Shown in pieces: positions 19,430 through 29,552 of a stretch of DNA of 64,000 nt. Under the pieces are notes generated by a model. It was not told the origin of the DNA. It worked only from the letters and a program-made list of their open reading frames with translations, and searched no databases. This DNA comes from Sulfuricurvum sp. MLSB. Lineage in GTDB: Bacteria > Campylobacterota > Campylobacteria > Campylobacterales > Sulfurimonadaceae. The stretch covers positions 1,758-65,757 of the forward strand of contig NZ_JQGL01000144.1 in assembly GCF_000747095.1 (NCBI RefSeq), in the 5' to 3' direction. Positions within the stretch are counted from its first letter, which is position 1; every line of letters begins with the position of its first letter. A program made the translations under genes and the position numbers.

Positions 19430-20418
19430 CTAAACTGCTCCAATAATCTCGTATCTCCTTCAAACAAGGAGCGCAAATCACCGATCCGATGGATCAGCAT
19501 CGCGAACCGCTCGACACCAAGGCCGAATGCGTAGCCGCTGACGTTCTCATAACCGACCGCTTTAAAAACGTTCGGATCGACAATGCCGCACCCGAGGACT
19601 TCAAGCCAGCCTGTTTTCGAACAGACACGGCACCCTTCCCCGCCGCAGAAAATACAGCTGATGTCCACTTCGGCCGAAGGCTCCGTGAATGGGAAAAAGC
19701 TCGGACGGAAACGGACTTCTACATCCCCGAACATCGTCTTGAGGAAATCTTCGAGAATGAATTTGAGATTAGCAAACGACACTTTTCCGGCCTCTTCGAC
19801 GACAAGTCCTTCGACCTGATGGAACATCGGCGTATGGGTCAAATCGTAATCGCGGCGGAATACGGCACCCGGAGCGATCATGCGGATCGGCGGTTTTTGC
19901 GAAAGCATCGTACGGATTTGAACCGGAGAGGTATGGGTACGCAGCAGCATCGAATCTTTGAAGTAAAACGTATCCTGCATATCACGTGCCGGATGATACT
20001 TCGGAAGATTCAACGCTTCGAAATTATGGAAATCGTCTTCCACCATCGGGCCGGTCTGAACCGAAAAGTTCATCGCCAGAAAATATTCCACGATCCGGTC
20101 CATCGTCTCCATCACCGGATGAAGCGACCCGCGCTCGCTGGAAGGCGAGTAAAGACTTACGTCAATGGCTTCCGCTTTCATCGATGCTTCGAGGTGTTCC
20201 ATCGCCAAAAAAAGCTTCCGGTCGAGCAACAATGCGTTCAGTGCCTCTTTGTGGATATTTAATTCTTTGGCAAAAGATCCTTTTTCCGCATCGGAAAGAT
20301 CTTTCATCCGGGCGAACTCGGCGTTCATAACCCCTTTTTTCCCGAAAACGGCAATCCGAATCTCTTCGATTTTATCAATCGTATCGGCCGATTTTATCGC
20401 GTCATACCACTCTTGCAA
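19426..20418 (-). CDS. pheS: Phenylalanine--tRNA ligase alpha subunit
   Basis: 330 aa with class II motifs ([24 protein letters not shown]). Confidence 0.95.
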   Translation of the reverse strand: MQEWYDAIKSADTIDKIEEIRIAVFGKKGVMNAEFARMKDLSDAEKGSFAKELNIHKEALNALLLDRKLFLAMEHLEASMKAEAIDVSLYSPSSERGSLHPVMETMDRIVEYFLAMNFSVQTGPMVEDDFHNFEALNLPKYHPARDMQDTFYFKDSMLLRTHTSPVQIRTMLSQKPPIRMIAPGAVFRRDYDLTHTPMFHQVEGLVVEEAGKVSFANLKFILEDFLKTMFGDVEVRFRPSFFPFTEPSAEVDISCIFCGGEGCRVCSKTGWLEVLGCGIVDPNVFKAVGYENVSGYAFGLGVERFAMLIHRIGDLRSLFEGDTRLLEQFR

Positions 20419-20557
20419 AGCAGTGTCTCCATCCGTAAGTGAATTCTAAAAACAATCAATCATAACCATTTTGAAAAAAAATGGGCAATTTTTAGAGATA
20501 TTGTAATCTAATCTCTTTTATAAACAGCTTCAAAGCGGGATTCATCTCGGAAACTTG

Positions 20558-20566
20558 TGCTACAAT
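20558..20566 (+). promoter_or_regulatory. Extended -10 promoter candidate (TGcTACAAT) for the HIT gene
   Basis: CTTGTGCTACAATGAG lies 25 nt upstream of ATG 20591 and falls inside the spurious N-terminal extension of the track ORF. Confidence 0.45.
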
Positions 20567-20590
20567 GAGAAGAAAAAAAGAGGCTTTAAT

Positions 20591-20947
20591 ATGTGCATTT
20601 TTTGCAAAATCAGCAACAAAGAGATCCCCTCCAATCCGGTAGCCGAAAACGAAGAATTTTACGCGTTTCATGACATTAATCCCAAAGCTCCTGTCCATGT
20701 GCTGGCTATCCCGAAAGCCCATTATGACAGTTTTAAAGAGATACCGGGGGACGTTATGGGAAGAATGGCGACCTTTATGCAAGACGTTGCCAAAACGGTC
20801 GGAATTGATGAGAGCGGCTACCGCATCATCAGCAACATCGGAGACAACGGCGGGCAAGAAGTCAAACATCTCCATTTCCATATCCTTGGCGGTGCGAAAC
20901 TCAAATGGGGCCATTTCGCCGACGCCGATCCGAAAGACTTCTTTTAA
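20591..20947 (+). CDS. HIT-family (histidine triad) nucleotide hydrolase
   Basis: MCIFCKI...HVLAIPK...HLHFHILGG histidine triad. I chose the start at ATG 20591 (AAGAGG upstream) rather than the track TTG at 20555. Confidence 0.88.
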   Translation: MCIFCKISNKEIPSNPVAENEEFYAFHDINPKAPVHVLAIPKAHYDSFKEIPGDVMGRMATFMQDVAKTVGIDESGYRIISNIGDNGGQEVKHLHFHILGGAKLKWGHFADADPKDFF

Positions 20948-21501
20948 CCCTTGTTCCCGGCCGTTTCCAAACGGCCTTTCAAAAGACAATTGACCGCATT
21001 TTCAAGCTGTACGCGGAGTTCAGGATTCGTGATCGTTCCCGAGATTTCATCAAAATTTTCCATAAAACTCGGAACAGACACGCTCGCTTTAACGCAGCCG
21101 CCGAAATGGGGAGCCGATGCGGTAGCTATGCCGAGCACCGTCGATGCCCCTCGAGCACCGGGCGAAGTGGCCAATAAAACCATCGGCTTGTTTTGAAACA
21201 CTTTCGAGTCAATACGCGAACACCAATCGAATAGATTTTTGTATGCTGCGGTATAGGCACCGTTATGCTCGGCAAAAGAGATAATAAGTCCATCGCTTTG
21301 GGTGATTTTGTCAAAAAAGTCTTTTGCCAGCGGCGGGTGACCCAGCTGCACTTCCCGATCCACGCTGAAAAGCGGAAGTTCGTAATCGTTAAGGTCCAGA
21401 ATCTCGACTTCGACATTGCGAAGCAAACCGGCCGCATACGTTACTAACTTTTTATTGATCGAGTTTTTACTGCTGCTGGCCGCAAATGCGACTACTTTCA
21501 T
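20944..21501 (-). CDS. NAD(P)H-dependent FMN reductase family oxidoreductase
   Basis: MKVVAFAASSSKNSINKKL...LIISFAEHNGAYTAAYKN pattern of flavodoxin-like FMN reductases. Confidence 0.8.
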   Translation of the reverse strand: MKVVAFAASSSKNSINKKLVTYAAGLLRNVEVEILDLNDYELPLFSVDREVQLGHPPLAKDFFDKITQSDGLIISFAEHNGAYTAAYKNLFDWCSRIDSKVFQNKPMVLLATSPGARGASTVLGIATASAPHFGGCVKASVSVPSFMENFDEISGTITNPELRVQLENAVNCLLKGRLETAGNKG

Positions 21502-21537
21502 CGATTCTCCTTTGGAAGAGATACCATCAAGTCAAGC

Positions 21538-22002
21538 TTAAGCGTTACATCCTTGAAGCGAACCGAAATCAACGCTGCTCCCGCCGCCGCTGATCATCTT
21601 CTCGTTTTCGCGGATCGTCTTGCCGTTATGTTTGATCGTGTACGTGATGACGACACTGTCGCGAATCGTGTTGATTGTCGAGCAATACGTTTCCAGACTC
21701 GCCATGACCCAGCGCGCTGCAAGGGTATCGTCGGCATTGGAATCGAAACGGTATTCGAGGTGCAGGGTATTGAATTTACGCGGTGCCGTCTCATTGCGCA
21801 CGACTTCGCCGTCCACTTCGAGATTTTTGACTTCATACCCCTGCTTTTGCGGCAGCATGACGACGTCGGTGGCGCTGCAGGAAATAATGCCGCTCAGAAA
21901 ATATTCGATCGGCGAAATTTGAGGGCAGTCGATGATAAAACTGCTTTTTTCTGTTTTCGCTTCAAAACGCATCGCATCCTGATGTGAAACGGTTATTTTC
22001 AT
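21538..22002 (-). CDS. OsmC/Ohr-family peroxiredoxin-like protein
   Basis: 154 aa with the two conserved Cys contexts (GIISCSATD and [10 protein letters not shown]). Confidence 0.75.
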   Translation of the reverse strand: MKITVSHQDAMRFEAKTEKSSFIIDCPQISPIEYFLSGIISCSATDVVMLPQKQGYEVKNLEVDGEVVRNETAPRKFNTLHLEYRFDSNADDTLAARWVMASLETYCSTINTIRDSVVITYTIKHNGKTIRENEKMISGGGSSVDFGSLQGCNA

Positions 22003-23384
22003 TTAACATCCTTCAAAAAATGATCAAAATACATGATCTGCTCGAGTGTACGGACTTCCGCCGTTCCGCCTTGCGACGTTCGGGCGTTCATCGAATGCTC
22101 GATGGACAGATACCCGCACACATCGTCTTTGATACGGTTATCGATCGCATAAAGCTCTTCGTACGCGATTTCGCTCAGATCGATTCCCAGAGCTTCGGCA
22201 CGGGCGACGGCGCGTCCGGTGATATGATGCGCTTCGCGGAAAGGAACGTCGCAATGCTCGACTAGGTAATCGGCCAGATCGGTCGCAGAAAGATGTCCAA
22301 GCTTGCACGCACGGGCCATATTCTGAGGTTTGACCGTCATCGTGCGAAGCGCTTCGCGAAGGATTTCAAGGGAGATTTCGATCGTCTCGACGCTGTCGAA
22401 TACCCCTTCTTTATCTTCTTGGGTATCTTTGTTGTACGCCAGCGGAAGCCCTTTCATGACGGTCAAAAGCCCCATCAGGTTGCCGTAAACCCGCCCCGTT
22501 TTACCGCGAAGCAGTTCGGGCACGTCAGGATTTTTTTTCTGCGGCATGATCGAACTTCCGGTCGAATACTCGTCTGAAAGTTCAACAAAACGGAATTCAT
22601 AGCTCGACCAAAGAATAATCTCTTCGGCAAGACGCGAAATGTGCATCATCAACGTTGAAATGTTAAATAAGATTTCCAATGCGAAATCGCGATCGCTCAC
22701 CGTGTCGAGGCAGTTAATACTGACACTGTCGAATCCAAGAGTCTGCGCGGTCATTTCGCGATTGATGTTATGAGGAGTCCCGGCTAATGCCGCACATCCG
22801 ATCGGAGAGATGTTATTGCGTGCCGCACTGCTTTCGAAGCGCTCGCAGTCGCGTTTCAACATCGATGCATAGGCCATCAGATGAAAAGCAAAATTGATCG
22901 GTTGCGCGTGCTGAAGATGCGTCATTCCCGGCAGAAGCGTGGACGTGTGATCACGGGCAATGTCGACGATGACGGCCATGACCTCTTTGATCTGCTCGAT
23001 GATCTCGCGGTTTTTACGCAAGACATAGCGGCGAAAATCAAGTGCAACCTGATCGTTGCGGCTCCGCGCGGTATGAAGTTTTTTTCCCGCTTCTCCGATG
23101 ATTTCGGTCAACCGTTTTTCGATCGCCATATGAAGGTCTTCATCCGCAATTTTCCATTCGAACGAACCCGATTCGATTTCACTCAAAACCTGTGCCATCC
23201 CTTTTTCAATCGCCTGAAGTTCATCAGAGGTCAAAATCCCCTGCTGGGCCAGCATCTGTGCATGAGCAACGGAACCTTCGATATCTTCGCGATAGAGTTT
23301 CCGGTCAAACATGATCGACGCATTGAACTGTTCCAAAAGTTTTGACGCATCTTGTGCGAAACGTCCGGACCACATTTTTTTCAT
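21999..23384 (-). CDS. argH: Argininosuccinate lyase
   Basis: 461 aa with the fumarate-lyase signature [12 protein letters not shown]. Confidence 0.95.
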   Translation of the reverse strand: MKKMWSGRFAQDASKLLEQFNASIMFDRKLYREDIEGSVAHAQMLAQQGILTSDELQAIEKGMAQVLSEIESGSFEWKIADEDLHMAIEKRLTEIIGEAGKKLHTARSRNDQVALDFRRYVLRKNREIIEQIKEVMAVIVDIARDHTSTLLPGMTHLQHAQPINFAFHLMAYASMLKRDCERFESSAARNNISPIGCAALAGTPHNINREMTAQTLGFDSVSINCLDTVSDRDFALEILFNISTLMMHISRLAEEIILWSSYEFRFVELSDEYSTGSSIMPQKKNPDVPELLRGKTGRVYGNLMGLLTVMKGLPLAYNKDTQEDKEGVFDSVETIEISLEILREALRTMTVKPQNMARACKLGHLSATDLADYLVEHCDVPFREAHHITGRAVARAEALGIDLSEIAYEELYAIDNRIKDDVCGYLSIEHSMNARTSQGGTAEVRTLEQIMYFDHFLKDVK

Positions 23385-23475
23385 ACAATCTCCGAGTCTT
23401 GATAAATAATGCGTATTTTAGCGAAGTTTGGTTTAGAAGAAAGCATGAGAGCGGGGCACTTTCGTGCCGGAAAGA

Positions 23476-23811
23476 TTAATTACAGGCGGGAACGTTGCCG
23501 CTGTCGGATGCGTATTCCACGAGAAAATCTTCGATATGCCGGGCATTTTTTGTGAAAGCTCTGCTTTTAAAATATTCCCACGAATTCGTCGCTTTTTTTG
23601 ACGAGAGATGGATATCGGCAAGTTTTTCGCCTTTATTGTCCATCAGTTTTCCCCATGTCCGCTGTTTCTTGGAACCGGCAAATTCCTGTCCTCCGCCGTG
23701 ACACTCTTTGCACGATTCGATGTAAATCTTTTGCCCTTTGTAGGTGGCTGCGCTCAGAACTGTCGAACCGGCTAAAAGCATGAAAACAGCTGTAGCGTAT
23801 AGTGTGCGCAT
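23476..23811 (-). CDS. Periplasmic monohaem c-type cytochrome
   Basis: Signal peptide MRTLYATAVFMLLAGSTVLSA and one CKECH haem-binding site. Confidence 0.8.
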   Translation of the reverse strand: MRTLYATAVFMLLAGSTVLSAATYKGQKIYIESCKECHGGGQEFAGSKKQRTWGKLMDNKGEKLADIHLSSKKATNSWEYFKSRAFTKNARHIEDFLVEYASDSGNVPACN

Positions 23812-23877
23812 CGGAATTGCTTATCCCTGTTAAAAAAGATTTAAATTAATACTACATTACTAATTATAATAGAATGC

Positions 23878-25701
23878 TTAGAGTTGGAACTTTTCTTCCC
23901 GTTTCGGATCAAGGTCCCATACTCCGATGGTTTTCAGCCGTTCGACAACCGAGGGAGTGCACTCGACATCACCCGGCCATTCCCGTTCAAATCCGTCAAC
24001 CGCCGTTTTCGTCGTACCGTCTATCGCGACAATCGAATCGCTTCGATAGAGGTCGCGTTGCGCGTCCAAATTATTGCTCACCCTCCAGATCAGCATATAG
24101 GGATTATGGATGTCATTTTTGGCTTCATCGACAAAAACGACGATCCGCAGATAGCGTTTCAACTCCTCAAGCGCAGTGAAACATTCCCGAATCGAACGGT
24201 TGAGTTTACGGACGCTGATCACCGTGATCGGATTGGCCGTATGACGCATATACTGAGTCACGTTTACCGTTTCGGGGATCAGTGCGGAGAGTTTTTCCAG
24301 CAAGACGGCACTTTCCAGAGAATCGGGTGCTTCGATTGTAAGCGATGCGGTCAGATCGATCCCCAGTTTCCCTCCGACCAACGCTTCAGGGCTGGAGTGA
24401 TCAAGCGCGTCCGTGATCCCCTCGGAGACAAACAGGCACTTAGGATGGAAACGATTAAGCGCATAGGTGACCAGCGCTTCGTAGTTGTTCAGCTTCGGGG
24501 CATCCTCCCCGAAGAAAAAGGCGTGTTTAACAAAACTCATCTGCCCCGATCCCCAGAAAATATGCATAAACTGCTTGGCGTGCCCTTTGTAAAGTGTCTT
24601 CATCTTAGCCAATATCAGATTGTGGAAAACACCGTTTTCGGGCATGTGGTAATCGATCAAATCGGCCGCATTGGTTTTCAGCAGCGGCAAAAAGATCCGT
24701 TCGGTCGCCCATCCCATGTATTTGTCTTCAAGCGGCGGTTTGCCGACGACGGTCGCCAGATAATAGGGATTTTTACGGCTGGTTATCGCACTCACGTCCA
24801 GTACCGGATAATACTCTTGGAGGGTGTAGTACCCCGTATGATCGCCGAAAGGCCCTTCCAATGCCATTTTTTCGGGATCAACCCACCCTTCGATGACGAA
24901 ATCGACATCTTCGGGAACAAACAGCGGTGTCGTAATCGATTCAACCAGTTTCGGACTCTCTTTTTTGATAAGGCCGTACAGCAGCAGTTCATTTACCCCA
25001 TACGGCAACGGAGCGGTTGCGCACCACGTATAGAGCGGATCGCCGCCGATGGCGATCGAAACCGGCATTTTTTTGCCGGCGCGCTGGTATTGATCGAAGA
25101 AATGGGACGAGTCTTTATGAATCTGCCAGTGCATCCCGAGACGGTGCTTATCATAAACCTGCAGTCGGTACATCCCCAAATTGACGACATCGCCGTCAAG
25201 ACTTTGAGTATATACCTGCCCCATCGTGATGAACGGCCCGCCGTCTTCTTCCCATGTCGTCAATATCGGAAGATCGTACAGATTGGCGTCATCTCCCTCT
25301 TTGACAATTTCCTGACAGCTTCCCCGCTTGGGAAGTTTTTTAGGGAAGATGTCCTTCATGGCGAACAGATCGCCCAGCATTCCGACTTTTTCTTTGAAAC
25401 TTTGCGGCGGCTTCATGTGCAGCAGTTTTTCGATCTCTTCGGCTACCCCTTCGACATCACGGCCAAAAAGCAGTTCCGTACGCCGATACGAACCGAACAG
25501 ATTCATCACGACGGGAGTATCGAAACGTTTGCCGTTTTTACGGTCAAGCGGATGGGTGAACAGCAGCGCTTTGCCGCCGTTTTCCTTTTTCACCTCGGCA
25601 TATGCCAAATGGGGGATTTCAAGGTAAATATCCATAGGCTCGCTGATGACACGAAGTTCATCGTGCGATTTGAGCAGATCGATCGTCTTTTCCAGCGTCA
25701 T
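23878..25701 (-). CDS. UbiD-family decarboxylase (menaquinone/futalosine-pathway type)
   Basis: 607 aa with a UbiD-like core (GPFITMGQVYT, GMHWQIHKD, GGDPL, EGPFGDHTGYY). Confidence 0.88.
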   Translation of the reverse strand: MTLEKTIDLLKSHDELRVISEPMDIYLEIPHLAYAEVKKENGGKALLFTHPLDRKNGKRFDTPVVMNLFGSYRRTELLFGRDVEGVAEEIEKLLHMKPPQSFKEKVGMLGDLFAMKDIFPKKLPKRGSCQEIVKEGDDANLYDLPILTTWEEDGGPFITMGQVYTQSLDGDVVNLGMYRLQVYDKHRLGMHWQIHKDSSHFFDQYQRAGKKMPVSIAIGGDPLYTWCATAPLPYGVNELLLYGLIKKESPKLVESITTPLFVPEDVDFVIEGWVDPEKMALEGPFGDHTGYYTLQEYYPVLDVSAITSRKNPYYLATVVGKPPLEDKYMGWATERIFLPLLKTNAADLIDYHMPENGVFHNLILAKMKTLYKGHAKQFMHIFWGSGQMSFVKHAFFFGEDAPKLNNYEALVTYALNRFHPKCLFVSEGITDALDHSSPEALVGGKLGIDLTASLTIEAPDSLESAVLLEKLSALIPETVNVTQYMRHTANPITVISVRKLNRSIRECFTALEELKRYLRIVVFVDEAKNDIHNPYMLIWRVSNNLDAQRDLYRSDSIVAIDGTTKTAVDGFEREWPGDVECTPSVVERLKTIGVWDLDPKREEKFQL

Positions 25702-26645
25702 TGATTGGCCTCGTTTGCCATCGCTTCGGCACGTTTGAGCAATTCCAATGCCCCTTTCTCGATCAGACGCGCCGCCATTGCTTCGCCGACTCCTGCCGTT
25801 TGATCTTTGGAAATCGTGATTGTATCACCCATCGTTTCGCTTCCATCCGGCATCCCCAATGTTGAGCGGACAATCACGTTGCCATCAGCCTGCACCCGCG
25901 CGCTTACGCCGATGGGAACCTGACAGCCTCCTTGCAGCGTATCGACGAATCCGCGCTCGATGGTCGTTTCGATGCGGCTGTTCCGATCATCGAGAAAGCG
26001 GGCGATTTCAAGAACCCACGGCTCGTTTACCGTTTCGATTCCCAAAGCACCCTGCCCCATCGCCGGAAGCATCTCGTCAAGCGAAATCGGATAAAAATGG
26101 TTGACCGATTCGTGGAGGCCCAAACGGTTGATCCCCGCTGCGGCAAGGATGATCGCGTCAAATTCTCCTTCTTTCAACTTGCGGATACGGGTATCGACAT
26201 TTCCGCGCAAATCTTTGATAATGAGATCAGGACGTTCCAGCGCCAGCTGCATCCGGCGACGTAACGACGAAGTTCCGACAACAGCACCTTGCGGCAATGA
26301 CGCAATATCGGGATATTTTTCGCTCAGCATCGCATCACGAACATCCTCACGCACCGTAATCGCTGAAAGCAGCAATCCCTCAGGCATAACCGTGGGAACG
26401 TCTTTGAGCGAATGGACCGCCATCTGTGCTTCACCGCGGAGCATCGACTCTTCGATCTCTTTTAGAAATAACCCTTTTCCCCCAATTTTGGCCAACGGAA
26501 CATCCAAAATCTTGTCACCCGAGGTGATGATGATTTTCAGTTCGACCGAAACCTCGGGAAAATTCGATTCGATGACCGATTTGATATGGTTTGATTGCCA
26601 TAGGGCTAGTTTACTTCCGCGGGTCGCGATGGTCAATTTTTTCAT
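25698..26645 (-). CDS. hemC: Hydroxymethylbilane synthase (porphobilinogen deaminase)
   Basis: MKKLTIATRGSKLALWQ...AVHSLKDVP...GTSSLRR. Confidence 0.95.
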   Translation of the reverse strand: MKKLTIATRGSKLALWQSNHIKSVIESNFPEVSVELKIIITSGDKILDVPLAKIGGKGLFLKEIEESMLRGEAQMAVHSLKDVPTVMPEGLLLSAITVREDVRDAMLSEKYPDIASLPQGAVVGTSSLRRRMQLALERPDLIIKDLRGNVDTRIRKLKEGEFDAIILAAAGINRLGLHESVNHFYPISLDEMLPAMGQGALGIETVNEPWVLEIARFLDDRNSRIETTIERGFVDTLQGGCQVPIGVSARVQADGNVIVRSTLGMPDGSETMGDTITISKDQTAGVGEAMAARLIEKGALELLKRAEAMANEANQ

Positions 26646-26648
26646 CGA

Positions 26649-27485
26649 TTATTTAACCTTTACTTCTTTATATTTCATTTTTTTAGGGTCTTTTTCGCCG
26701 TTAAAAAAGACGGTCGGTGTTCCGGACACGATCATATCGGCGGCAACCTTTCGGTCGAATTCAAACTGTTTGGCTACAGAAGGACGTCGGATATCGCCGG
26801 TAGAGACTTTTGCACCCGTTGCCTTGTTGAACGCATCAAGAATTTTCTGCTCGTTTTTCTCGTTTGCATCAATATCGACGGTATAAAGTTTCATGACGGC
26901 ATTCTTCATCCCCTCTTCTTCCGCAACAATAGCCGCTTTGGTCAACGTAACCGCCGCAGGATGCAAACCGGCCAGCGGGAGATGATAATAATAGACGGCA
27001 AACGTTTTGGGATATTTCGCCATATACGATAGCGCTTCAGGAACATAACGGCGGCAAAACGGACACAACGGATCGGAAAAAATGGCGACTTTATGGGTGG
27101 CATTCGCGTCTCCGCTGATACGGTTTTCTTTGGTATAAAATGCCGCGTTGAAATCAGGAGTCACCGTATCGTTATAGCGCATTCCCGTTTTCAGGTTCAC
27201 AAGTTCCGGCGCGATAATATCGCCGTTGACGAAATACGTGCCGTTTTGATTGATCCGGCGTTTTTCATTCCCTTGTTTGACATCGGCTTCGATGCTGATA
27301 AAATAAGCCTGCCACCCGCTCATGGAAGGGACCGGCTTTTTGCCGTTGACTTCTATGTTCAGGTTGCTAACGGCGGGATTGTTTCCGATCCCTTTTTTCA
27401 AAAAAGCAACGACTTCCGCATCGGTGGCGGCAAAAACACTAGCGGAGAGTAGGAGTATCGTCGATAATTTCGGCATCAATGACAT
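26649..27485 (-). CDS. Periplasmic thiol:disulfide interchange protein (DsbA/DsbC/DsbG-like thioredoxin fold)
   Basis: CPFC active site (SDPLCPFCRRY). I chose the start at ATG 27485 (AAGGA 5 nt upstream), which gives signal peptide [19 protein letters not shown]. The track ORF extends to 27575 with no support. Confidence 0.8.
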   Translation of the reverse strand: MSLMPKLSTILLLSASVFAATDAEVVAFLKKGIGNNPAVSNLNIEVNGKKPVPSMSGWQAYFISIEADVKQGNEKRRINQNGTYFVNGDIIAPELVNLKTGMRYNDTVTPDFNAAFYTKENRISGDANATHKVAIFSDPLCPFCRRYVPEALSYMAKYPKTFAVYYYHLPLAGLHPAAVTLTKAAIVAEEEGMKNAVMKLYTVDIDANEKNEQKILDAFNKATGAKVSTGDIRRPSVAKQFEFDRKVAADMIVSGTPTVFFNGEKDPKKMKYKEVKVK

Positions 27486-27849
27486 ATTCATCCTTTTGTG
27501 GTGGGGTTGGTGGCTCATATTTTCGCCCAAAACGGTTAACGAGAAACGAACCGAATAAAGAAAACAGTAATACAAGTCCGATCAGATCGCTGACAAAGCC
27601 GGGAACAATCAGTAAAAAAGCGCCCAGAAGAGTCATTATATTACGATTTGTAAATCCTTGCACGTCAATCTTACGCATCTGCAACGCATACAGGTTTTCA
27701 GCCAGCGTGTGGCGGAAGTTTAGGAGAACGAAAATGCCCACCATAGCACTCCCGACAATCTCCAAAAAGGTTGCCATCCCCCCGATGCGGGTAGCAATGT
27801 CAACCGTAACGATCACCTCTGCAAAGAGGTAGATCAAAAAATAGATCAT
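27439..27849 (-). CDS. fxsA: FxsA-family membrane protein
   Basis: [24 protein letters not shown]...[10 protein letters not shown] pattern of FxsA. Confidence 0.8.
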   Translation of the reverse strand: MIYFLIYLFAEVIVTVDIATRIGGMATFLEIVGSAMVGIFVLLNFRHTLAENLYALQMRKIDVQGFTNRNIMTLLGAFLLIVPGFVSDLIGLVLLFSLFGSFLVNRFGRKYEPPTPPQKDEYVIDAEIIDDTPTLR

Positions 27850-29552
27850 TGTACGAGTTCCCCGATGGTATCGATTACTTTATCCGCATCCACGGTAATC
27901 ATCTCGCGCGTACTGCGGATCATGATCTGCACCGAACCGTTGTCGAGTTCTTTCCCGACAATCACCGTATACGGAAAGCCGATCAGTTCGGCATCGGACA
28001 TTTTGAAGCCGAAACGCTCTTTACGGTCGTCCAGAATCGTTTCAATGCCTTGTTTTTGCAAAGCCTCATACAGTGTTTCAGCGTAGGCAAGATGCGCCTC
28101 TTCTTTGACGTTCGATACCATGACATTCACCAGATACGGTGCCGTCGAAGGGGTCCAGATGCACCCGCGATCGTCGTGGTGCTGCTCGATAACGGCGGCG
28201 ACCAGACGGCTCACCCCCATCCCGTACGTTCCCATGATAAACGGCTGCGAGCGGCCGTTCTCATCCAGGAATTCCGCTTTGAGCGGTGCGGAATAAACGG
28301 TCCCGAGTTTGAAGATATGACCGACTTCGATCCCTTTGGTATGAAGCAGTTTTCCGCTGCAGTTCGGACATCCGTCCCCTTCCTGCACCGCGGCGAGATC
28401 GGCGAAATGGGCCTCGTTCATGACGCCTAGATCAACGCCGACAAAATGATAATCCGCTTCGTTGGCTCCGCAAATCATTGCCGTCGCATTGCGGGTATCA
28501 TTGTCCATCACGATGCGTATTTTGTCCTGATCCAGCGGCCCGATGAATCCCGGAACCAATCCGATCTCGCTTAGTTCTGCTTCGCTCGCATCGACCAGAT
28601 CGATTGCCCCGACGCTGTTACGCGCTTTGACCTCCTGAAGTTCGTCGCACCCGCGAAGGAAGAAACAGACCAGTTCGCTCCCCTCGGTATAGACGGCACG
28701 CAGAACGACTGCTTTGAGGGTGTAATACGGATCCGCATGAAAAAACGCGCTCAAATCATCGATCGATTTGATCCCCGGCGTTTTAAACCGGGCGAAATCG
28801 GCTTCAGGGGCGGCAGGAATATCGGTTCGCGGTGCGCGGCGGGCCGCTTCGACATTGGCACCGTATTCGCACGTATCGCACACTGCAAGCGTATCTTCAC
28901 CGCTCTGGGCCAATACCATCAGTTCTTTGGAGCCTGTCCCGCCGATGGCTCCGCTGTCGGCTTCAACAATCCGGAATTTCAGCCCCAGTCGTTCCAGAAC
29001 CCTTTTGTATGCCGCTTCCATCGCGTCAAATTCACGATCAAGGTCTTCGGTGGAAGCGTGAAAACTGTACCCGTCTTTCATGACGAATTCACGAGCGCGC
29101 ATCAGTCCGAATCGGGGACGTGCTTCATCACGGAATTTGGTTTTGATCTGATACACGTTCAATGGGAGCTGTTTGTAGCTGGTGACCCGGTTGCGGACGA
29201 TATTGACCATCATCTCTTCGTGGGTCGGCCCCAGAACAAACAGATTTTCTTTACGGTCACGGAAACGGAGAAGTTCTTTGCCGAATTTTTCGATACGGCC
29301 GCTCTCTTCCCATAGTTCGGCCGGAGTAACGAAACTCAGATCGACTTCAAGCGCGCCGCATGCAGCCATTTCTTCATTGATAATCGTCTCGATCTTTCGA
29401 AGTACCCGTTTGCCGAGCGGCAAAAAGTTGTACAAACCGCTGGCGACCTGAGCGATAAACCCGGCGCGTGAGAGATAGATATGGCTTGGCAGCTGGGCAT
29501 CTTTTGGGGATTCTTTGGTGGTTGGGATATAGGCTTTGCTAAAACGCATCAT
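27846..29552 (-). CDS. proS: Proline--tRNA ligase
   Basis: 568 aa, class II aaRS with an editing-domain insertion ([13 protein letters not shown]...). Confidence 0.95.
   Translation of the reverse strand: MMRFSKAYIPTTKESPKDAQLPSHIYLSRAGFIAQVASGLYNFLPLGKRVLRKIETIINEEMAACGALEVDLSFVTPAELWEESGRIEKFGKELLRFRDRKENLFVLGPTHEEMMVNIVRNRVTSYKQLPLNVYQIKTKFRDEARPRFGLMRAREFVMKDGYSFHASTEDLDREFDAMEAAYKRVLERLGLKFRIVEADSGAIGGTGSKELMVLAQSGEDTLAVCDTCEYGANVEAARRAPRTDIPAAPEADFARFKTPGIKSIDDLSAFFHADPYYTLKAVVLRAVYTEGSELVCFFLRGCDELQEVKARNSVGAIDLVDASEAELSEIGLVPGFIGPLDQDKIRIVMDNDTRNATAMICGANEADYHFVGVDLGVMNEAHFADLAAVQEGDGCPNCSGKLLHTKGIEVGHIFKLGTVYSAPLKAEFLDENGRSQPFIMGTYGMGVSRLVAAVIEQHHDDRGCIWTPSTAPYLVNVMVSNVKEEAHLAYAETLYEALQKQGIETILDDRKERFGFKMSDAELIGFPYTVIVGKELDNGSVQIMIRSTREMITVDADKVIDTIGELVQ

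Noticed and set aside
20470-20500. AT-rich hairpin CCATTTT-gaaa-AAAATGG in the pheS leader, as a possible attenuator or T-box.
   Set aside because: The stem is made entirely of A-T pairs. There is no specifier or T-box sequence, no leader peptide with Phe codons, and the region is too short.
20555-20590. N-terminal extension of the HIT ORF (MCYNEKKKRGFN).
   Set aside because: It starts at TTG and contains the likely TGcTACAAT promoter and the SD for ATG 20591. HIT proteins normally begin close to the C-x-F-C segment.
20492-20989. 165-aa minus-strand ORF opposite the HIT gene.
   Set aside because: The HIT frame carries the HxHxHxx triad and a promoter/RBS, and the antisense frame has no recognisable features.
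23451-23470. GGCAC-tttc-GTGCC hairpin after the cytochrome c gene, as a possible terminator.
   Set aside because: The stem is only 5 bp and neither strand has a following U tract. It may still be a minor RNA element, but I cannot support a terminator call.
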